Shown here: in pieces, positions 8,176 to 16,794 of the stretch | How the letters are laid out: every line of letters starts with the position of its first letter | Numbering within the stretch: the stretch's first letter is position 1 | From: Candidatus Woesearchaeota archaeon | Lineage (GTDB): Archaea > Nanobdellota > Nanobdellia > Woesearchaeales > GCA-2686295 | Assembly (NCBI GenBank): GCA_013202845.1 | Contig: JABMPT010000001.1 | Location: forward strand, 52,244 to 116,243 | Length of the DNA: 64,000 nucleotides | Direction: 5' to 3' | The notes under the pieces: model-generated | The model's input: only the letters and a program-made list of their open reading frames with translations | Told to the model about the DNA's origin: nothing | Databases searched by the model: none | Made by a program: the position numbers and the translations under genes

Positions 8176-10041
8176 TTAATTTCTAGAGAAAAACTCTTCA
8201 ATAATTTTTTCATAAAGCATTGTAGTTCTTATGTTCCATGAATCAGGGAAACATCTACGGTAATTGCTCCAAGTGTATCTCTCGTCCAGAAAAATAACCG
8301 TTCCCTTATCTTTCTCAGACCTTATGCAACGGCCAGCGCTTTGCAAGGTCTTGTTAAAAGCAGGAAATAGATAGCCATAATCCCAGCCCTTACCAAACTT
8401 CTTGTCATAATAATCAATCAAAGCTTTTGACTCCAGGTCGGGTTTTGTAAGCGGCAAGCCGACAATAACCACATTCTTCAGAAAGTCACCTGGAAGATCA
8501 ATACCTTCTCCAAAGCTGCCAGATATTACTCCAAGGAGAACTGCGCCCGTGTCTTTATAACTTTTGAACTTTTCAAGTAAATCCTGTTTTTCAGGCTTAG
8601 AGAGATTAGGACGCTCAATAAAGATGCTTTTCAAACAGTGTTCATTGAATTGTTTGTAAATCTCATCTCTAAGATAATAACTTGGAAAGAAAACAGCGCT
8701 GTTACCAGGAACTTTGTTGACAATCTTTGAAAGGATTTCAGCAATTTCCTTGTACTGTTTCTGGTTTCTCAACTCATACTTTGTAGAAGTCTTTGGAATA
8801 ATGATATTCATCCTGTTCTCCTCAGGAAAAGGGCTTTTGTAAGTTTCTTCCTCAGTTTTTTTGAATCCAAGCAATTCCTTGTACATACTAGTTGGTGTAA
8901 GAGTACCAGACATAATAATTGTTGAATGAGCTGCTTCAATCACAGACTTTGTTGAAAGACTGGGATCCAGGCATCTGTAGCTGATTACTTTAACTTCTTC
9001 TCTTGCACCTATTTGCTTTGAGACAATCCTTGTGAAACCTTCGTCATCACCAAGCCATGCTTCCAAGAAAGTAGCTATTGAACCAATATATGATTGTTTC
9101 TGTTCTTCACGAACAGCATCAGCAGCAAATGACAGATCAGCAATTAGTTCCTGATAATCTGTGATCTCGTTTATCTTGTCAACAAATTCATCTTTCTCTA
9201 TGTATTGCTCTTCTTCCTCAAAGTCAGAGAGCTGATCAAGAACTTCACCAATCTCTACCAGAGAATGCCTAATCTGATCATATTTGTATTTCTTCGCCTC
9301 ACTAATTCCACGTTTAATCATTAAGTTAGAAAGTCTGGCAGTGAACAAATCCTTGACCCTGTTAGGAACATTATGAGCCTCGTCAACAATTATTATTGCA
9401 TCACTCAAATTCTTGTCAATTTTTTTCAAGAAATTAGCACTAATTTCAGGATGAAAAATATAGTAGTAATCGCCAATGATGACTTTTGCATCCTTTGACA
9501 TCAAAAGTGATATTTCATAAGGACAGAGAGAGTATCTTTCAGAAACCTCTAAGGAATCCTCAGTAGAAACAGGATTCATGATTTTCAAATCAGACAAAGC
9601 ACTCTTTGTGTTAGCAGATAATTTATCCTTGTTTTTAAGATTTGTATAGAACTCGCATCTCTTATCCTCTCTTACTGCGCGGCAGTATTCATGGAATTCT
9701 CCAGAATATAATTTATGAACACCAGGTTGCAGACAGAGTCCTTTCTTGCCGATAATACTTATCGCTCCGAACTTCTTTTTATGTTTGTCTCTGATTTCTT
9801 TTAAAGTATCAATAGCTATCTTGTGCTGGGTGTGCCTGGATGTAAGAAAAAAAACAACTTTGTCATTCTCGATTGCATACTTCAATGCAGGAGCCAAAAC
9901 AGCAGCAGTTTTGCCAAGACCGGTTGGTGCGTGCACAATAAGATTCTTTTCTTTCTTGACAACCTCGTCAACCTTAAGAACTAATTGGTCCTGAATCTCT
10001 CTAACTTTCTCATGCGGAAAAAGAAGCTTGTCAAAATTCAT
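8176..10041 (-). CDS. xpd: ATP-dependent DNA helicase XPD/Rad3 (DinG family, Fe-S helicase)
   Basis: Walker A HAPTGLGKTAA, DEAH box VDEAHN, a four-Cys cluster region (CLQP...CRAVREDKRCEFY...CPY), and C-terminal helicase motifs (QSAGRCIR). Confidence 0.9.
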   Translation of the reverse strand: MNFDKLLFPHEKVREIQDQLVLKVDEVVKKEKNLIVHAPTGLGKTAAVLAPALKYAIENDKVVFFLTSRHTQHKIAIDTLKEIRDKHKKKFGAISIIGKKGLCLQPGVHKLYSGEFHEYCRAVREDKRCEFYTNLKNKDKLSANTKSALSDLKIMNPVSTEDSLEVSERYSLCPYEISLLMSKDAKVIIGDYYYIFHPEISANFLKKIDKNLSDAIIIVDEAHNVPNRVKDLFTARLSNLMIKRGISEAKKYKYDQIRHSLVEIGEVLDQLSDFEEEEQYIEKDEFVDKINEITDYQELIADLSFAADAVREEQKQSYIGSIATFLEAWLGDDEGFTRIVSKQIGAREEVKVISYRCLDPSLSTKSVIEAAHSTIIMSGTLTPTSMYKELLGFKKTEEETYKSPFPEENRMNIIIPKTSTKYELRNQKQYKEIAEILSKIVNKVPGNSAVFFPSYYLRDEIYKQFNEHCLKSIFIERPNLSKPEKQDLLEKFKSYKDTGAVLLGVISGSFGEGIDLPGDFLKNVVIVGLPLTKPDLESKALIDYYDKKFGKGWDYGYLFPAFNKTLQSAGRCIRSEKDKGTVIFLDERYTWSNYRRCFPDSWNIRTTMLYEKIIEEFFSRN

Positions 10042-10102
10042 AAATTAAAAGAACTAGAAATGTTTTATAAAATTTGCTAAGCAGAAATCGAAAAATATCT
10101 GT

Positions 10103-10819
10103 CTATTTTTTCTTTTTTTCAAGGACTTTCTTCATCTCAGGTTTTCCAAATAGCTTGTCTAATAGTTTCTTACCTAGTTCCTTGAGTTTTTTAGACCACC
10201 TTTCACTGGCATAGTCAAGATTCCTTGCTTGCTTTTGCCAATGAATACTGTAATCCCTGAATGTCAAGTGAGGGTCCTTAATTTTCAAAGCGAATTTGTT
10301 GAAATAAGAGATTGAAGCGAGATCTTGTCTGACTGTTGGCTTTGGTTCCTCTGCAGGATAACCAAGGGCTATTATTATCTGAGGCCTGCCATCTTCAAGG
10401 TTGTCGCTTATGCCAAATAGATTATCGACCTTGTCCTCATCAAATGCACCTATCCAACAGGCACCCAATCCTTGAGCATGAGCTGCCAGTAACATATTCT
10501 CGGCTACACAAGCACAATTCTGGACGGTATAAAGCCTCTTACCCCTAAGACCATACATTCTTTCAGCCTTGTTTGTCATGCCGCAGATGATTATGGCTGC
10601 CTGAGCATGATAAATGGCTTCTTGCTGCATGCAATGATTGTGAAGTTCTCTTAGAAGAGGTTTCTCAGTCACAAGTATGAATCTCCAATTCTGTAGATTG
10701 CCTGCGCTTGGAGCGCGGCTTCCAGCCTCTAGAATCTTGGATATCTTACCAAACTCTACTGGTTGTTCGGTGAATTTCCTTATAGAAGTACGGGATTTAA
10801 TACATTCCAGAGTGTCCAT
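10103..10819 (-). CDS. nitroreductase family protein with about 70-aa basic C-terminal extension
   Basis: CIKSRTSIRKFTEQPV...APSAGNLQNWRFILV is the classic nitroreductase N-terminus. Confidence 0.85.
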   Translation of the reverse strand: MDTLECIKSRTSIRKFTEQPVEFGKISKILEAGSRAPSAGNLQNWRFILVTEKPLLRELHNHCMQQEAIYHAQAAIIICGMTNKAERMYGLRGKRLYTVQNCACVAENMLLAAHAQGLGACWIGAFDEDKVDNLFGISDNLEDGRPQIIIALGYPAEEPKPTVRQDLASISYFNKFALKIKDPHLTFRDYSIHWQKQARNLDYASERWSKKLKELGKKLLDKLFGKPEMKKVLEKKKK

Positions 10820-10858
10820 AGACTTTTTTATAGAACTTGTATTTTAAATATTTAACTA

Positions 10859-11155
10859 TTAGTGCAGCCTGTATGCGCATATATGACAGTACCTTGAATA
10901 GGTGAAATTATTAGACTTACATTTTGGACATACAACATTGCCGCTACCTTTGCTTTTCTCTTCTTTGTACTTCATAACTTTGTCTCTTCTTCCAGAAGGC
11001 GAAAAAATCATCTTTACAATTCCCCAGAAGATGAAAACTACACCTATGTAAAAGAAGACATTCAAGAAAGGTTCACCGGCCATTGGTCCGAATTTGGAAT
11101 AACCTGCAATGACAATACCTACAACCAGATAAAAAAACCAATGGATTTTAGCCAT
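10859..11155 (-). CDS. small membrane protein with C-terminal zinc ribbon
   Basis: Two N-terminal TM helices, then CPKC-x13-CHIC. Confidence 0.45.
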   Translation of the reverse strand: MAKIHWFFYLVVGIVIAGYSKFGPMAGEPFLNVFFYIGVVFIFWGIVKMIFSPSGRRDKVMKYKEEKSKGSGNVVCPKCKSNNFTYSRYCHICAYRLH

Positions 11156-11229
11156 GAAGATTTTATATTAATCATACTATTAAAATTTTTTGCATAAAAA
11201 TTTATAAATCTGCAAAACAATGTACTCAT

Positions 11230-11355
11230 ATGTCAAAGTTTGATAAACTGAGGAAGAAAATAGAGGACGAGGTAGATGAATTAGTTGATGTAAATAAGGA
11301 CAGCGATTTACCGGTCCGCGAAAAGTTGACAAAGCAAAAGAAAGTTCTAAAGTGA
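11230..11355 (+). CDS. possible 41-aa charged mini-protein (not in ORF track)
   Basis: ATG lies about 25 nt downstream of AAAATTTATAAATC (leaderless geometry). Translation MSKFDKLRKKIEDEVDELVDVNKDSDLPVREKLTKQKKVLK. No homology evidence. Confidence 0.25.
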   Translation: MSKFDKLRKKIEDEVDELVDVNKDSDLPVREKLTKQKKVLK

Positions 11356-11628
11356 TTACATATCTTCTTCGAATTCTTGCAGGCAGCTCTCAGAACAGAA
11401 TCTGTGAATCTTATTATTCAACTCTTTTTCAACTGCCTCTTTAGAGTTTACCAAAGGCTTTTTACAGAATCCACACACGACAGTTTCTTCTCTGTCATAA
11501 CCTTGCATGAATCCTTCTTCCTCAGCATCGATTGCATCGCTATCCAAGAGGTTTTTTCTTCCTTCATCCTCATAGACAGTGCTTTCGTTTTCAGGTTTTA
11601 TTTCCTTTAGCTCACTTTTTTCAAACAT
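11356..11628 (-). CDS. acidic small protein with TRASH/YHS-like zinc-finger motif
   Basis: CGFC-x22-CSESC fits the C-x2-C-x19-22-C-x3-C TRASH pattern. Confidence 0.45.
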   Translation of the reverse strand: MFEKSELKEIKPENESTVYEDEGRKNLLDSDAIDAEEEGFMQGYDREETVVCGFCKKPLVNSKEAVEKELNNKIHRFCSESCLQEFEEDM

Positions 11629-11694
11629 TTTGTATCCTCAAAGATGTGCATAAATTTATTTGATTTAAAAATGTATTGCTTTAGAAAGAGCTGA

Positions 11695-13536
11695 TTAACC
11701 TGACTGCTTTAGTTCTATTTTTTCTTTGTACTTAACAGCCTCAGCAATCACTTTTCCAATCTTGTTCTTCTTGCTTAACTTGATGATTGCTTTCTTGCTA
11801 GAATGAGCTGTTAATGCATAATCCTTTTCAACAAAAACATCTATGTCCTCATCTGAATGCTCCATTGGCAGCATGAAAACAATATTGCTCTTGTGAAGTT
11901 TTACTGTGAAATTAATGTTTTCACCATTACCAGCTGCAGGTGTTTTCTGTTGGTTGTTTTTCTGCAAATCCCTAACATCAATGCTCAAGCCAAGTTTTTT
12001 CTCAATCTTTTCGATGTTAGAACCATTTCGACCAATGATTGACGAACGGTCCTTGTCAGGAACATAGACGATGCATTTGTTGTTTGACACAACTTCTACA
12101 TTAACGTTGTTGGAGTATTTTTGGAATTCCTGTTTTATGGAATTGGCAGCCAAACTGTGAGTTGGTACAGTTACTTCAGCAGAAACAGGAATGACAACAG
12201 TCTCCTCGCCGTAAGAGTATATTTCGAACTCTAGCCTTGCAGTGTTGAAATCATTGACAACAACAACAGGCCTTGCTAGATCCTGCTCAAACATTCCAGA
12301 GGGCACCTTTACTTCCATGTTCAATGAGAAAACATTGCTTATCTCACCGTTCTTGATGAATATAACGGTGTCAACGATATGAGGAATAACACCTAATTCA
12401 ATTCTTCCGATGAATCTCTGGATAGCATCAATAGGTTTTGTAGCGTGCATCACTCCAATCATTCCGACCCCTGAAAGCCTTAGATCTGCAAATAATCTGA
12501 AGTCTTCAGTATTTCTCATCTCATCAAAGATTGTGTAGTCAGGTCTTGAAAGCAGTAAGATGTCATGAATTTCCTGGCTACTTCCATGGCTGATAGAGTA
12601 CTGTGTAACTTCATCAGGCAACACTAAATCTCTAGGAGCTTCAACAGTTTTCACGACTTTATTTGTGGATGCATAGTGTTCTGCTAATGCCTGTGCAAAA
12701 GTAGTTTTTCCATGGCCAGGCGCTCCTGCAATAAGAATTCCTTCCGCTTGACCTGAAATCCTCTGCATTAATTTTTCGTTTATGTTATAATCTTTCAAAG
12801 TTAGGTGTTTCACAGGTCTTACAGCGGTTATCTCATATCCGTCTGCGAAAGGCGGTCTTGTTATTACAATCCTATAATTAACCAATTGTATTATACTGGA
12901 ACCACGCCTTTCAATCTCCACAAATCCATCCTTTCTAGAGCCTGCTTCTTCAGTTATTTGTTTTGCAAGCTCTTTGACTTCTTCACCACTCATCTTTTCT
13001 TTTGAAAGATCAAGGTATTCCCATTCTCCAGGTTTTCCTTTCTTTGCTTTTGGAATGCAATTCTCTTTGATATGAACACTCATAGTGGTTTTGTCAAAAA
13101 ACTTTGCAAGCGCTAACTCTTTTTCTTCCTCTTCTGGAAACTCGTAGAGAATTACAGATATGCCCTTGGATTCTGCAACTGTGGCTTGAACCCTATCAGC
13201 TGTTATTAGAGTACCTTTCTCAGTTAAGGCAAGTTCTCTTATCAAAGAATCAATCTCACCGCTTTTAGCTCTTTTTATCTCAAAATCGCCAGGTCTGTTG
13301 CCTTTAAATTGCATTGTGAAATGATACTTCTTCTTTATCTCCTGAAGTTTTTTAATCTCTTCCAATCCAAGATGACCTGTTTCTCTACCGCGGTTAGCCT
13401 GGGCTTCAAGTTCTGCAATAACTGCTTCATGTATTATTACGCTTTTAGGCTTTAACTTCTTTTTTTCAATGCGCTTAGAAACTATTCCTTCGATGATAAT
13501 GCTTGTATCAGGTATTATTTTTTCTACTTTTTTCAT
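11695..13536 (-). CDS. PIN domain / PilT-type ATPase / KH domain protein (archaeal COG1855-type)
   Basis: N-terminal PIN-like IIPDTSIIIEG, Walker A GAPGHGKTTFAQ, and a C-terminal KH motif IGRNGSNIEKIEKKLG. Confidence 0.85.
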   Translation of the reverse strand: MKKVEKIIPDTSIIIEGIVSKRIEKKKLKPKSVIIHEAVIAELEAQANRGRETGHLGLEEIKKLQEIKKKYHFTMQFKGNRPGDFEIKRAKSGEIDSLIRELALTEKGTLITADRVQATVAESKGISVILYEFPEEEEKELALAKFFDKTTMSVHIKENCIPKAKKGKPGEWEYLDLSKEKMSGEEVKELAKQITEEAGSRKDGFVEIERRGSSIIQLVNYRIVITRPPFADGYEITAVRPVKHLTLKDYNINEKLMQRISGQAEGILIAGAPGHGKTTFAQALAEHYASTNKVVKTVEAPRDLVLPDEVTQYSISHGSSQEIHDILLLSRPDYTIFDEMRNTEDFRLFADLRLSGVGMIGVMHATKPIDAIQRFIGRIELGVIPHIVDTVIFIKNGEISNVFSLNMEVKVPSGMFEQDLARPVVVVNDFNTARLEFEIYSYGEETVVIPVSAEVTVPTHSLAANSIKQEFQKYSNNVNVEVVSNNKCIVYVPDKDRSSIIGRNGSNIEKIEKKLGLSIDVRDLQKNNQQKTPAAGNGENINFTVKLHKSNIVFMLPMEHSDEDIDVFVEKDYALTAHSSKKAIIKLSKKNKIGKVIAEAVKYKEKIELKQSG

Positions 13537-13669
13537 AGATTTTAGAATATTATGGTTATTATTTAAATGTTGCTACTAATAAATCTTTTACAGCAGTATT
13601 TAAATCTAGAGGTTTTTTATTATTAAATTTTTTATAATAATACTATTTATATTTATAAAAACAAAAACT

Positions 13670-13678
13670 ATTAAAAAA
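13670..13678 (+). promoter_or_regulatory. A/T box for tRNA-Ser
   Basis: ATTAAAAAA centred about 29 nt upstream of the tRNA 5' end. Confidence 0.5.
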
Positions 13679-13702
13679 GGATATTTCTTTCTATTCACCA
13701 TT

Positions 13703-13784
13703 GCCGAGGTCGCATAGTCTGGTATTGCGCGGGATTGCTAATCCCGTTCCTTTGGAATCGTGAGTTCAAATCTCACCCTCGGCG
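13703..13784 (+). tRNA. tRNA-Ser (anticodon GCU), class II with long variable arm
   Basis: Acceptor GCCGAGG/CCTCGGC, anticodon stem CGGGA/TCCCG with loop TTGCTAA, variable arm TTCC-TTT-GGAA, T arm GTGAG-TTCAAAT-CTCAC. Confidence 0.9.
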
Positions 13785-13802
13785 CTTTTTCTTCTCAGAT
13801 AA

Positions 13803-13813
13803 TTTTATAAATA
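13803..13813 (+). promoter_or_regulatory. A/T box for tRNA-Met
   Basis: TTTTATAAATA centred about 28 nt upstream of the tRNA 5' end. Confidence 0.5.
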
Positions 13814-13835
13814 GTTCATTCTTCCTTCGAAACAC

Positions 13836-13953
13836 AGCGGGGTAGGGCAGCCAGGAGTGCCCGTCGGGCTCATATCAAAACTGTCGTTTTGGAACCACAA
13901 AACAGGTTTTGTAGGTAACCCGGAGGTCGGAAGTTCAAATCTTCCCCCCGCTA
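13836..13953 (+). tRNA. tRNA-Met (CAU), initiator-like, with 43-nt intron at position 37/38 (13875-13917)
   Basis: A1:U72 acceptor AGCGGGG/CCCCGCT, GGG/CCC in the anticodon stem, loop CTCATA|intron|A, T arm GGAAG-TTCAAAT-CTTCC. Hand-drawn BHB: 3-nt bulges TAT and TAA, central helix CTCA/TAGG (one mismatch), inner helix CAAAAC/GTTTTG. Confidence 0.85.
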
Positions 13954-14388
13954 TTAAATTTCTTCTTTCAATGTGACAGTCGCCACCATTGTTATTGTTT
14001 TCTTCACTCCTGTTTTCTTCCTGAAATCTAGAACATAGTCATTGAATTCATCAACATCTTTGAATTTTAATTTGAATAGAAGGTCGTATTCTCCTGTAAT
14101 GCCAAATATTTCTTTTATATGAGAATCTTGAAAGACAGCAGAGTCCAAGTCCTCTTCAGTCGAAACGAACATGAACACTATGAAGTTTTCGCCAATAAGC
14201 TTGTTGTTCAACTTTACTGTGAACTTTTCAATTGTGTTTGTTCGCTTGAGCTTGTTGATCCTCTGGTGGACTGTGCTAGGCCTTATCCCTGTGACCTTTG
14301 CTATGTTCCTTATGCTGGACCTGCTATCTTTTTTAAGTTCTTCAACGATTTTCTTGTCCTTGTCGTCCATACTCATGTTTCCTGTCAT
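13954..14388 (-). CDS. lrp: Lrp/AsnC family transcriptional regulator
   Basis: HTH IVEELKKDSRSSIRNIAKVTGIRPSTVHQRINKL followed by an RAM/ACT-like domain. The stop codon abuts the tRNA-Met 3' end. Confidence 0.85.
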   Translation of the reverse strand: MTGNMSMDDKDKKIVEELKKDSRSSIRNIAKVTGIRPSTVHQRINKLKRTNTIEKFTVKLNNKLIGENFIVFMFVSTEEDLDSAVFQDSHIKEIFGITGEYDLLFKLKFKDVDEFNDYVLDFRKKTGVKKTITMVATVTLKEEI

Positions 14389-14397
14389 TGAAAAAAC

Positions 14398-14477
14398 TGA
14401 CTCTCCGTAGAAGTCGAAGACGCGTTGTCAGTTCTTTCGGAACTCTTGGGGGATCAATCGCTGCCTCGAGAGAGTCA
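14398..14477 (-). ncRNA. candidate structured RNA / lrp leader element (unclassified); strand assignment tentative
   Basis: 80 nt closed by TGACTCTC/GAGAGTCA, with internal hairpins (AGTTC-n5-GAACT; GTC-GAA-GAC). 42 of 80 nt are G+C by hand count, in an AT-rich spacer. On the minus strand it is followed by T6 (14391-14396) and then the lrp ATG. Confidence 0.35.
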
Positions 14478-14674
14478 ATTTAATCGTGTAATATAGAGTT
14501 TGTCTATTTAGTATTTAAATATTATTATTTTTGTCTATATATTTTAGAATATATTGGACATATAGTAGTTTTATTCTGGAAAAGTATATAAATTGTTTCT
14601 TATTACTCTGTAAAAGGTATCAAAAATCAAAGATTTTTGGGACCTTGAAACATGAATGTTTAAAGGTGATATTT

Positions 14675-16096
14675 ATGGATGAAGATAAGAATTACAAGGT
14701 CAAAGATATTTCATTAGCAGACTTCGGAAGGAAAGAGATTGAGATAGCAGAGAAAGAGATGCCAGGTCTGATGGCTGCAAGAAAGAAATACAGGTCTAAA
14801 AAGCCGCTTAAAGGCGCAAGGATAATGGGAAGCTTGCACATGACAATACAGACAGCTGTTCTAATTGAAACACTAGTTGAACTTGGAGCAGAAGTCAGAT
14901 GGGCCTCATGCAATATATTCTCAACACAGGATCATGCAGCAGCAGCAATAGCAAAGACAGGGATACCAGTTTTTGCGTGGAAAGGCGAAACATCGGTAGA
15001 GTATTGGTGGTGCACCATGAAGGCACTTGACTTTGGTGATTGGAAAGGCCCAAACTTAATTGTTGATGACGGTGGAGACGCTACTCTCATGATTCACAAA
15101 GGAGTCGAAATAGAAAAGAATCCTTCATTGCTTGAAAAGGATTACAGCAAAGAAGGAGAAGATTTCAGAGAATTAATGAGCGTCTTGAAGAAATTATATG
15201 AAAAAAAGCAGGATGTTTGGACAAATGTTGCACAGGAGATCAAAGGAGTTTCTGAAGAAACAACTACAGGAGTCCATAGATTATACCAGATGCTTGAGAA
15301 AAAAGAGTTATTGTTCCCAGCGATAAATGTAAATGATTCTGTAACAAAATCAAAGTTTGACAATATCTATGGTTGCAGGCATTCATTGATTGATGGAATA
15401 AAGAGAGCAATGGATGTGCTAGTAGCTGGAAAAACAGTTATGGTGTGTGGCTATGGTGATGTTGGAAAAGGAAGCGCAGAATCTCTTGGAAACGAAAAGG
15501 CAAAAGTGATGATTTCAGAGATTGATCCAATATGTGCATTACAAGCATGCATGAACGGATTAACAGTTTGCACTGTTGAAGACGCACTGTCAGTGGCAGA
15601 CATTTACGTAACAACAACAGGAAACAAGGACATAATCACAGCGGAGCATATGAGCAAGATGAAGGATCAGGCAATTGTTTGTAACATAGGACATTTTGAC
15701 AACGAGATACAAGTTGCTGAACTTGAAAAATGGCCAGGAATAAAAAAAGAAGTCATAAAAGGAAGCGAATGTCCTGTAGACAAGTATACTTTTCCAGACG
15801 GACATTCAATATTCTTACTGGCTCAAGGTAGATTAATCAATCTTGGTTGCGCAACTGGTCATCCAAGCTTTGTGATGAGCAACTCTTTCACGAATCAGGT
15901 CTTGGCGCAGATAAGACTCTGGGAGAAAAAGCATGAATTAGGAGTTTACATGCTTCCAAAAGATCTTGATGAGGAAGTTGCAAGGCTTCACCTTGAGAAA
16001 TTAGGAGCCAAGCTGACAAAGCTCAGAAAAGACCAGGCAGACTATATTGGAGTAAAGGTAGAAGGGCCATACAAATCAGAGCATTACAGATATTAA
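14675..16096 (+). CDS. ahcY: S-adenosyl-L-homocysteine hydrolase (adenosylhomocysteinase)
   Basis: [29 protein letters not shown]-terminus, NAD-binding GYGDVGKG, and C-terminal YRY. Start moved to ATG 14675 (GGTGAT 6 nt upstream), because the 48-aa track extension is not AhcY-like. Confidence 0.92.
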   Translation: MDEDKNYKVKDISLADFGRKEIEIAEKEMPGLMAARKKYRSKKPLKGARIMGSLHMTIQTAVLIETLVELGAEVRWASCNIFSTQDHAAAAIAKTGIPVFAWKGETSVEYWWCTMKALDFGDWKGPNLIVDDGGDATLMIHKGVEIEKNPSLLEKDYSKEGEDFRELMSVLKKLYEKKQDVWTNVAQEIKGVSEETTTGVHRLYQMLEKKELLFPAINVNDSVTKSKFDNIYGCRHSLIDGIKRAMDVLVAGKTVMVCGYGDVGKGSAESLGNEKAKVMISEIDPICALQACMNGLTVCTVEDALSVADIYVTTTGNKDIITAEHMSKMKDQAIVCNIGHFDNEIQVAELEKWPGIKKEVIKGSECPVDKYTFPDGHSIFLLAQGRLINLGCATGHPSFVMSNSFTNQVLAQIRLWEKKHELGVYMLPKDLDEEVARLHLEKLGAKLTKLRKDQADYIGVKVEGPYKSEHYRY

Positions 16097-16137
16097 TCCC
16101 GAAAACCTTAAAAACTCTTTAACTTTTTTCTTTTCTT

Positions 16138-16794
16138 ATGTTAGTTGGGGGGATTGATGAGGCAGGCAGAGGACCAGTAATGGGTCCGATGGTGATGGCT
16201 ATCGCTGTTATCAAGAAAGAGAGCGAGTTCAAACTACAAACTCTTGGAATAAAAGATTCTAAACTTCTAACACCGAACAGGAGAAATCAACTATTTGATG
16301 TGATTGGTGACTTATGCAAAACAGCTGTTGTTGAGATATCTCCAGAAGAGATAGATGAAGCAGTTAATTCAACAACAGACAACCTTAACTGGTTGGAAGC
16401 CAGGAAAGTTGTTGAGCTAATAAACAGAGTTAAAGCAGACACAGTTATTCTGGATTGTCCAAGTAATAATTTAGAAGCTTATGAAGAATATATTCAGCAT
16501 AGAGTTAAAGACAAGAAGATAAAACTAGTTGTTGAACATAAGGCTGATCTGAATTATTTGATAGTCGGAGCTGCCAGCATAATGGCAAAAGTCACAAGAG
16601 ACCGGGATATTGAAAAAATAAAGAAGAAGATTGGCAAAGAGTTTGGCTCAGGGTACCCATCAGACCCAAGGACACAGGAATTTGTCAAGAAGTATTGGGA
16701 TCACAAAAATTACTCAAAGTATATGAGAAAGTCTTGGGATACATGGAAAAAACACCAAAAAGAAAACGCACAGAAGTCACTTGGAGAGTTCTAG
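16138..16794 (+). CDS. rnhB: ribonuclease HII
   Basis: GIDEAGRGPVMGPMV catalytic motif; 218 aa. Confidence 0.9.
   Translation: MLVGGIDEAGRGPVMGPMVMAIAVIKKESEFKLQTLGIKDSKLLTPNRRNQLFDVIGDLCKTAVVEISPEEIDEAVNSTTDNLNWLEARKVVELINRVKADTVILDCPSNNLEAYEEYIQHRVKDKKIKLVVEHKADLNYLIVGAASIMAKVTRDRDIEKIKKKIGKEFGSGYPSDPRTQEFVKKYWDHKNYSKYMRKSWDTWKKHQKENAQKSLGEF

Noticed and set aside
10103-10819. Nitroreductase as a laterally acquired island
   Set aside because: I have only a by-eye impression of higher G+C. There are no flanking repeats, tRNA target or integrase, and I cannot support the idea without computing composition or a phylogeny.
14398-14477. Idea that the GC-rich element is an SAH riboswitch for ahcY, or a C/D-box sRNA
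   Set aside because: ahcY has its own A/T box between the element and the gene. I cannot match the element to the SAH riboswitch consensus from memory. There is no RUGAUGA/CUGA box pair in the required positions. It is kept only as an unclassified candidate.
14531-14674. 48-aa N-terminal extension of the ahcY ORF in the track (non-ATG start)
   Set aside because: The extension ([14 protein letters not shown]...) is hydrophobic junk overlapping A/T-rich promoter sequence. Conserved AhcY sequence begins at ATG 14675, which has a GGTGAT Shine-Dalgarno sequence.
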